From an uncultured Poribacteria bacterium (lineage in GTDB: Bacteria > Poribacteria > WGA-4E > WGA-3G), in assembly GCA_958296135.2 (NCBI GenBank), contig CATQHZ020000001.1, forward strand, positions 2,144,001 through 2,208,000: 64,000 nt of DNA, given 5' to 3'. A program made the translations under genes and the position numbers. Position 1 is the first letter of the stretch. Each line of letters begins with the position of its first letter. Below are positions 57,963-64,000 of this stretch, one piece after another. The notes beneath the pieces are model-generated. The model was not told the origin of the DNA and made no database searches. It saw only the letters and a list, made by a program, of their open reading frames with translations.

Positions 57963-59597
57963 GTGATAGGCGGAGATATTCTCATCGAATGCTTGAAAGC
58001 GCAGGGCGTTACAGCCGTTTTTGGCATGCCCGGCACCCAAAATATCCAGATTTACGATGCCTTGCTGAGGCGCGGTGCCGGCAAGATCGACCACTATCTC
58101 GTCCGGCATGAATACGCGGCGACGCAGATGGCAGACGGGTTCGCCCGCTCAACCGGCGAGGTCGGCGTTGCAATTACCGTGCCGGGGCCCGGCGCAAGCA
58201 ACGCCTCAACAGGCATTTTAGAGGCGTTCACCGACCGCGCTCCTGTCTTGCTCATCACCGGGCAAAGCCACACGGAACTCTACAGTAAATCTCCGGACAA
58301 AATGTTCCACGGGCTGGACCAGATGCGGTTTTTTGAGTCGTTTACCAAATACTGCGCAATTGCCCACACTGTCGCCGAAATTCCGGTCGTCGTTGAAAAT
58401 GCCTTTAAGGCAATGCGCACCGGCCGCCCGGGCCCGACAGTGTTGGAATTCCCGATGGATGTCGTCATGGGTGAAGGGGATGTCCGCATTCCACGGCGGG
58501 TTGAACGGCCGATGGGACATCCGCCCGACGATGCCCTCCTGCGCGATGCCGTTGACACTATCCGCAAGGCGAAGCGTCCCCTGATTTTCGCCGGTTCGGC
58601 CGTCTTCCATGCAAATGCGCGGAACGAGTTGCGTCTGCTCGCCGAGAAGTTGAACGCGCCTGTCATTGTCACGCGCTGCGCAAAAGGCGTTTTACCGGAA
58701 GACCATCCGTTGGCGTTGCAAATCTGCTACGGCTATTTGGCGAAGCAGGCATTACAACATACCGACTGCCTCATCGGCATCGGCCCGCGCTTCACCTCTA
58801 TTGATACACGAAGTTGGAGCATGCAGCTGCCGCAGCCGTTCATCCAAATTGACGAAGACGCAAACGAGATTGGGCGCGAATACCCCTGTGATATCGGTGT
58901 CGTCGGCGATATGAGGTTCACCTTGCAAGCACTCATTGAGGATGTCGCAGCCATTGAAGACGGTTGGGATGCTGTGTTGACTCCCCACCGCGCGGAATTC
59001 AATGCGCAACCCGCTCTTCCTATTATCCATGAATTACAAGAGGTGCTTCCGCGCGATACCCTCTATGCGATTGATGTCCACGCGCTCGGCTACGCCTCCT
59101 TCGCCGAATTTCCCATCTATGACCCGAGGACGTTCCTCTATCCGAATATCGGCGTGGCGTTAGGGCATGCCTTCCCGGCGGCCCTCGGTGCGAAAGTTGC
59201 GCATCCAGAGCGTCCTGTTATCTGCTTCAGTGGAGACGGAGGTTTCCTCATGGGCGCGGTTGAGATGGCAACGGCGATGAAATACGGCATAAACGTCGTC
59301 TCTATCGTCGTCAACGACGGGGCGTTGTCCGCTATCAAAGGTTCGCAGTTGAAAGGCTGCGAAGGACGCACTATTGATACCGATTTGCAAAACCCAGATT
59401 TCGTTCAATTGGCGGCGGCTTTCGGGGCGTATGCAAGGAAGGTGGAAAACGTGGCAGACTTCAAGCCGGCGTTACGCGACGCGCTCGCCGCTGAAAAACC
59501 GGCACTCATTGAGGTGATGATGCAGGACAAGCAGGCGGAGATTATCGGTTCGATCGGATGGTTGCAAGGAGATGGGCTGCGCAAATCAACTTGGTAG
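57963..59597 (+). CDS. Thiamine-pyrophosphate-binding enzyme (acetolactate-synthase-like)
   Basis: VRHE, GPGASN, GRPGP, GDGGF...VNDG. Confidence 0.9.
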   Translation: MIGGDILIECLKAQGVTAVFGMPGTQNIQIYDALLRRGAGKIDHYLVRHEYAATQMADGFARSTGEVGVAITVPGPGASNASTGILEAFTDRAPVLLITGQSHTELYSKSPDKMFHGLDQMRFFESFTKYCAIAHTVAEIPVVVENAFKAMRTGRPGPTVLEFPMDVVMGEGDVRIPRRVERPMGHPPDDALLRDAVDTIRKAKRPLIFAGSAVFHANARNELRLLAEKLNAPVIVTRCAKGVLPEDHPLALQICYGYLAKQALQHTDCLIGIGPRFTSIDTRSWSMQLPQPFIQIDEDANEIGREYPCDIGVVGDMRFTLQALIEDVAAIEDGWDAVLTPHRAEFNAQPALPIIHELQEVLPRDTLYAIDVHALGYASFAEFPIYDPRTFLYPNIGVALGHAFPAALGAKVAHPERPVICFSGDGGFLMGAVEMATAMKYGINVVSIVVNDGALSAIKGSQLKGCEGRTIDTDLQNPDFVQLAAAFGAYARKVENVADFKPALRDALAAEKPALIEVMMQDKQAEIIGSIGWLQGDGLRKSTW

Positions 59598-59657
59598 GCA
59601 AGCCCTCCCAGACTCGATTGCGTGCGTGTCGGGACCGGGAGAGATGTCATTTCCAAC

Positions 59658-59693
59658 AAAAAAGGAGTGTTGATGACACAAACACTCCTTTTT
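59658..59693. terminator. Bidirectional rho-independent terminator
   Basis: aaaaaggagtgtt...aacactccttttt between convergent units. Confidence 0.8.
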
Positions 59694-59697
59694 CGCA

Positions 59698-59770
<73 letters not shown>

Positions 59771-59806
59771 TTATGGATAGCCACGAAAAGCGAACCCTTA
59801 TAGAGA

Positions 59807-59879
<73 letters not shown>

Positions 59880-59894
59880 TTGTTGCTATTACTA

Positions 59895-59923
59895 ATTATA
59901 CCCTATTTCGCGCCAAAATGCAA
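59895..59923 (-). promoter_or_regulatory. Sigma70-type promoter of the tRNA-Asn pair
   Basis: TTGCAT-17 bp-TATAAT; shares ttaatttg...atagggtataatta context with the promoter at 3425-3453. Confidence 0.8.
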
Positions 59924-59967
59924 ATTAAAATGCACTTTTTTGCGATTTTTCTAAAAAAAGTCTTTTT

Positions 59968-62277
59968 TTACCGTTTCGCCGAAAATATCTGAATGTTGCT
60001 ACCCGACTTTGCTACCACGCTTCGCGCAGGGATTCCCAAACCTTTATGCTCAAAATCCTTCTGCCCGAAGTTCGCGAACAGTTCAACAGCACTACCAAAC
60101 TCGGTGCGTTGGACAAATCTGTCTGGACTCAGCCATTCAAAATCTGTCATCGCCTTTCCGCCGATTTTTCGATGGAGCGGCGAGAAGAAAGCGTAGTGCC
60201 TTTTGATGCGCGCGACATGCTTTTCAAATTCCGCCAGATTGAGATGATACAACGGCGGAACATTGTAGAGCAATTCCAACAGAGCCAAGGTTTCCACTGC
60301 CTCCTGAAACTTCAGACTGCTAGAAAGCCAGTGGTTCGTCGTCACCAGCGAATCATGAAACACAATCTGATAAAGCGGTAGCCGAAACCTCGGGTCAAAA
60401 TAAAGATGCAGATAGCGTTGTTTGAGAGGCACCTGTTTGACGTGAATAGCGGGTGCTTCGGGCGGCCAGTAGCCGCCGATGTAGTAGGGTGAATCTTTCG
60501 CCTTCATGTCCATGTCGCCCCATCCGATAACGGGTGTCATCATTCCGTGTGCGAAGTGGAGCGTCGCCGCGGCATAGGCGGCACCTCCCTCCGAGCCGAC
60601 TACCATTTGATGCGTATCCTTAATCCATGCCATCCGTTTCAATCGTGCGTGCATGTCGTCCAGCTGCGTCGCCGGATGTTCCACCGAATAATCGTCAAAG
60701 AGTTCGCCGTATGCATCGCAATCAATGAACCACGAATTAAACGTCGTCGGCATCTGCGCGATAATGTCGTTGACGCGCTTTTCAACGGCCGGTTGCGCCA
60801 CCAGCGGGCTCAAGTGATACCCTTTCTGCTGAAACCCTCGGTTTTTTGTGCCATCAGCGTTGATAATCGCGCCGCGCTCATAAAGCACCAGATCGAACTG
60901 CGCCGTTTCCCATGTCTCCGGCTCCTGTGGGTGATGGATGCTGTGATAGGAATCATAAGGGCCTATGAGATAGCCGCGCTCTTTCGCCTTGGCGACAGCT
61001 GCGGGGTGGCGAAATCCTGCCTGCCATGAATCCACGCCGAGCCAGAGCCGGTCGAGCCCATTGTCAGAAAACCTCTCCAGCATTTTTACAGAGAGGCCGT
61101 CTCCCCATTCATCTGGGTGCCGAAGTTCATCGGGAAACGCCGCGTAAAAGAGGAGACTGTTAAGACGGTAAACCTCCGTGAAAGATAGAGAAGCAACGTC
61201 CTGTGCGAGTAATTTTTCCGCTTCTGGATGCAGGGAGACACTCTCTTCTTGCATGCACACTTGTAATCGCCGCGCTGTTTCGCGTGCTTCAAGCAGTTCG
61301 CTTAAAGCACGACAGACAACCCGTTGCGCATAGGCGTGCGGAAGGGCATCCCTTATGGCTTGCTGCGCTTCAGGATTTAGCCGTTCCCAAATATCCTTTT
61401 CTACGGCGTTTTCACCGCTGCTGAGTTTTGCCGCAAACGCCTTCCTGTCCGTTATATCGTATCGGCTGAGGAGCTGCCCAGCCCACAAATAGATATGCGC
61501 GGCACCGAGCAGTTTCTCAGCCGCTGGAAGGTTATCGATTTTTTCAGCAAAGGTAACGAATTCCGAGTTTTGCATCAGCCAGCGTCTGTAGTGCGTCGCT
61601 GGCGCGACAGGCGATGCTTCTCCCAATGCAATCCGCACCCCGTAACCCTTCCGTTTCCAATTCGGCGTGAAGGCATGCGATACTTGCATATCCAAGCCAG
61701 AGTCCATCGTTGAAGCAAACGAAAGGGAATTGTTGAACGGATTCGTCAAAATATAGGTAAGCGTCCATTCGCCAAAATCTAGTCCCCAAAACGGCATCGA
61801 GAGTCCCGCTGTGGTATTTATCGGCCCTTGCTCGGACAAGAAGTCTTGCCACAACTTGTCATCTTTCGGGACGTAACTTCCCTCAAAAAACGGTAGCATG
61901 TAGCCGCGAAGCACCGGAGTGTCCGGAATCATCGGCCACATCAAATTCCCCGCTGTCGCCGAGACAAATTCAACCGAGAGCGATTCGGCTATTAACGCAA
62001 CGCGGACGGTAAGGGCTATTTCCGGCAGTCTCCAACTCGCCTGATTCTCGTGCTGAACGAGTGCTGTCACGTTGCCGAGTCCCGTTTGTCCCCTTGAAAT
62101 CGGAACCGCTGGTTTGCCTTCCGGACGCGCGAAGAATTCCAGGGATTGCGGTGCAATTTCAATAGTCCATTCATCGTTGCTCAGCCGAACCACTTCGGGT
62201 GTAGCACTGAAACCGATTGCATGCATCAGAAACACCCCGAGACACACCCCATATTTTGCTACACGCTGTAGAAACAT
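59968..62277 (-). CDS. Putative secreted glycoside hydrolase (GH129/GH101-like)
   Basis: Signal peptide, LSMPFWG, GPYDSYHSIH, SWFIDCD, GSEGG, RLPLYQIVFHDS; family assignment from recalled motifs only. Confidence 0.65.
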   Translation of the reverse strand: MFLQRVAKYGVCLGVFLMHAIGFSATPEVVRLSNDEWTIEIAPQSLEFFARPEGKPAVPISRGQTGLGNVTALVQHENQASWRLPEIALTVRVALIAESLSVEFVSATAGNLMWPMIPDTPVLRGYMLPFFEGSYVPKDDKLWQDFLSEQGPINTTAGLSMPFWGLDFGEWTLTYILTNPFNNSLSFASTMDSGLDMQVSHAFTPNWKRKGYGVRIALGEASPVAPATHYRRWLMQNSEFVTFAEKIDNLPAAEKLLGAAHIYLWAGQLLSRYDITDRKAFAAKLSSGENAVEKDIWERLNPEAQQAIRDALPHAYAQRVVCRALSELLEARETARRLQVCMQEESVSLHPEAEKLLAQDVASLSFTEVYRLNSLLFYAAFPDELRHPDEWGDGLSVKMLERFSDNGLDRLWLGVDSWQAGFRHPAAVAKAKERGYLIGPYDSYHSIHHPQEPETWETAQFDLVLYERGAIINADGTKNRGFQQKGYHLSPLVAQPAVEKRVNDIIAQMPTTFNSWFIDCDAYGELFDDYSVEHPATQLDDMHARLKRMAWIKDTHQMVVGSEGGAAYAAATLHFAHGMMTPVIGWGDMDMKAKDSPYYIGGYWPPEAPAIHVKQVPLKQRYLHLYFDPRFRLPLYQIVFHDSLVTTNHWLSSSLKFQEAVETLALLELLYNVPPLYHLNLAEFEKHVARIKRHYAFFSPLHRKIGGKAMTDFEWLSPDRFVQRTEFGSAVELFANFGQKDFEHKGLGIPARSVVAKSGSNIQIFSAKR

Positions 62278-62285
62278 CAAATCGT

Positions 62286-63044
62286 TTACCTCGCCAACTC
62301 TTCCCATAACGCGCGGTAATAATGCATCACGCGCATCGGATCGGAGCTCCCCGCGATTTCTGCCAAGCAGTAGCCGGAATACCCAGACTCCCTCAACGAT
62401 GTGAATAACTCTCTCCAAGGATACTCGCGCCGATACAATTCGGTGATATGCACCAGGCCGATTCTGTCTTTCACAAGGTTGAAGTTGTGTTGGATAGTGC
62501 CGTTTTCCACTTCCCCGAAGTTAGAATTCCAACAGACGTAGACGTTACCGTGGTCTGCTGCATCGAGGATAGTGCGGATGTGCGGTAGTTCAGACGTGCC
62601 TCCGCCGTGCACCTCCAAGCGAATCTGCACGCCGAGGTTCGCTGCGAATTCTGCGCACTCCCGCAGGGCGAGCCCAATCTGCTCCAGCGTCTTTTCCACC
62701 GGGACTTCTTCAGGTAACCCATTCGGCCGCACCTTCACGCCGGGCGCGCCGACATCCGCCGCTAACTGTGAGTAAACCTTCGTGCCCTCTATATTCTGCC
62801 GAACGACTTCCGCATCGACAGCGTGGTAGTCAAACGCGGAACCTAAGCCCGCAATCTCAATCGGCGAGTCGGCGAACTGTTGCTTCACGGCGGCGCGCTC
62901 GCTCGCCGAGAGTTCTACTTCAACGCCGTGCGCGTGTGTCGTCCGCAGCTCCACACCGGCGAATCCTGTTTCCACGCATCGTTCAATGATGGTAGGAACA
63001 TCCCAATCTTTTGCCATGTTATATGTAACCAAACCGAGTTTCAT
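62286..63044 (-). CDS. Sugar-phosphate isomerase/epimerase
   Basis: GVELRTTHAHGVE, RLEVHG, CWNSN, LAEI. Confidence 0.85.
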   Translation of the reverse strand: MKLGLVTYNMAKDWDVPTIIERCVETGFAGVELRTTHAHGVEVELSASERAAVKQQFADSPIEIAGLGSAFDYHAVDAEVVRQNIEGTKVYSQLAADVGAPGVKVRPNGLPEEVPVEKTLEQIGLALRECAEFAANLGVQIRLEVHGGGTSELPHIRTILDAADHGNVYVCWNSNFGEVENGTIQHNFNLVKDRIGLVHITELYRREYPWRELFTSLRESGYSGYCLAEIAGSSDPMRVMHYYRALWEELAR

Positions 63045-63077
63045 AAATTCTCCTTTGAGCGTCGCGCCCAGATTTCT

Positions 63078-63659
63078 CTATTCAAAAAGTTCCGCCACCT
63101 GACAGGCAAATCCTTCGACGACATCCTCACCGGTGAGCGTATCGCTGAGCTTAAGCGTCTCAAAGTCACTCTCGGAACGATACACCGTCACCGTTTTTGC
63201 GACAGGTTCTATCACCCACACGAGGCGCGTCCCCGCGCTCAGATAGACAAACGCCTTTTCGATGACACTATACAACTTATCCGATGGCGAGACTACCTCA
63301 ACGGCGAGGTCCGGCGGAACTGGGGATGCTTTTCTTTTATCCTCGGGGACGCGTGCCGCTGAGAGAAACGCGACATCCGGTCTGAGCACACGCTCGCCTA
63401 CCCGAAAACCTGCCTCTGCGAGAACCTTCCCTCCCAATTGATTTTCGCGTACGTGCACGCGCAAAAAACTACTGATATTCACGCAGAGCTCAGCATGTTC
63501 CAAGGACGTAGCGGACATAGGTACTAACTCTCCTTTCACGTACTCATAATCGTCCAAGTCGCTTGTTAGGAATTCCTCCAACGTCATCGTGCCGGGCACC
63601 GGCGCGGGGCTCTCTGGCGGAAATCCGTGCGTCTCAATAGGATTAACCATCACCTTCAT
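63078..63659 (-). CDS. Uma2 family protein
   Basis: PDVAF, PPDLAVEVVSPSD, GTRLVWVIEP; close paralog of 8836-9414. Confidence 0.9.
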   Translation of the reverse strand: MKVMVNPIETHGFPPESPAPVPGTMTLEEFLTSDLDDYEYVKGELVPMSATSLEHAELCVNISSFLRVHVRENQLGGKVLAEAGFRVGERVLRPDVAFLSAARVPEDKRKASPVPPDLAVEVVSPSDKLYSVIEKAFVYLSAGTRLVWVIEPVAKTVTVYRSESDFETLKLSDTLTGEDVVEGFACQVAELFE

Positions 63660-63796
63660 CCTCCCTTTGCAGTGTCAATTTCACGTTGACTTTTGCCAAC
63701 CGTTATGCTATCATTTAAGACCTCGGCAGCACAACCCCGTAGGCACTTTCCAAGCGCGCCTACCAACCGGGCGTTTCAGGAATTTGCGTAAGTCCG

Positions 63797-64000
63797 CTAT
63801 TCAAAAAGTTCCGCCACCTGACAGGCAAACCCTTCGACGACATCCTCACCGGTGAGCGTGTCGCTAGGCATGAGCAGCGTGATGTCTGTCTCCGAACGAT
63901 ATACCATCACCGTTTTCGATACGGGCTGAAGAACCCAGACTCTCCGCGTCCCGGCTTCCAGATAGGCGAATGCCTTTTCGACAACTCGCTGTGAAACATC
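63797..64000 (-). CDS. Uma2 family protein, 3' part (runs off window end)
   Basis: Manual translation ...VVEKAFAYLEAGTRRVWVLQPVSKTVMVYRSETDITLL...GEDVVEGFACQVAELFE*. Confidence 0.85.
   Translation of the reverse strand, partial: DVSQRVVEKAFAYLEAGTRRVWVLQPVSKTVMVYRSETDITLLMPSDTLTGEDVVEGFACQVAELFE

Overview
A ~55% GC bacterial chromosomal window, mostly minus-strand genes. Gene content (secreted proteins ending in a 'VEP.GKLA.TW..LK' motif, cohesin-dockerin-FlgD protein, several Uma2 nucleases, PhyH and Gfo/Idh/MocA enzymes, dense GTAG/GTAA palindromic repeats) resembles Candidatus Poribacteria (inference, not checked by search). Housekeeping content: TonB-dependent receptor (partial), recO, tRNA-Pro, a 6S-RNA candidate, corC-like/ybeY/phoH, RluA-family synthase, a MoxR cluster, actP, gmhA, ABC transporter subunits and two tRNA-Asn. 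The standout is at 12.1-23.9 kb: a 1681-aa Eco57I/TaqI-like adenine methyltransferase carrying two target-recognition domains (TRDs), the second in a fused C-terminal module that has its own internal RBS+ATG. Four free-standing, directly repeated variants of that module follow. They are mosaics of N-domains and TRDs joined by junction repeats, which suggests a recombination-shuffled DNA-specificity cassette library. Upstream are an HTH gene with a 4x20-bp palindromic array and a second methyltransferase-like gene. Also found: an unannotated UxxC ArsC-like selenoprotein with a SECIS-like hairpin, and palindromic repeats embedded in-frame in several genes.
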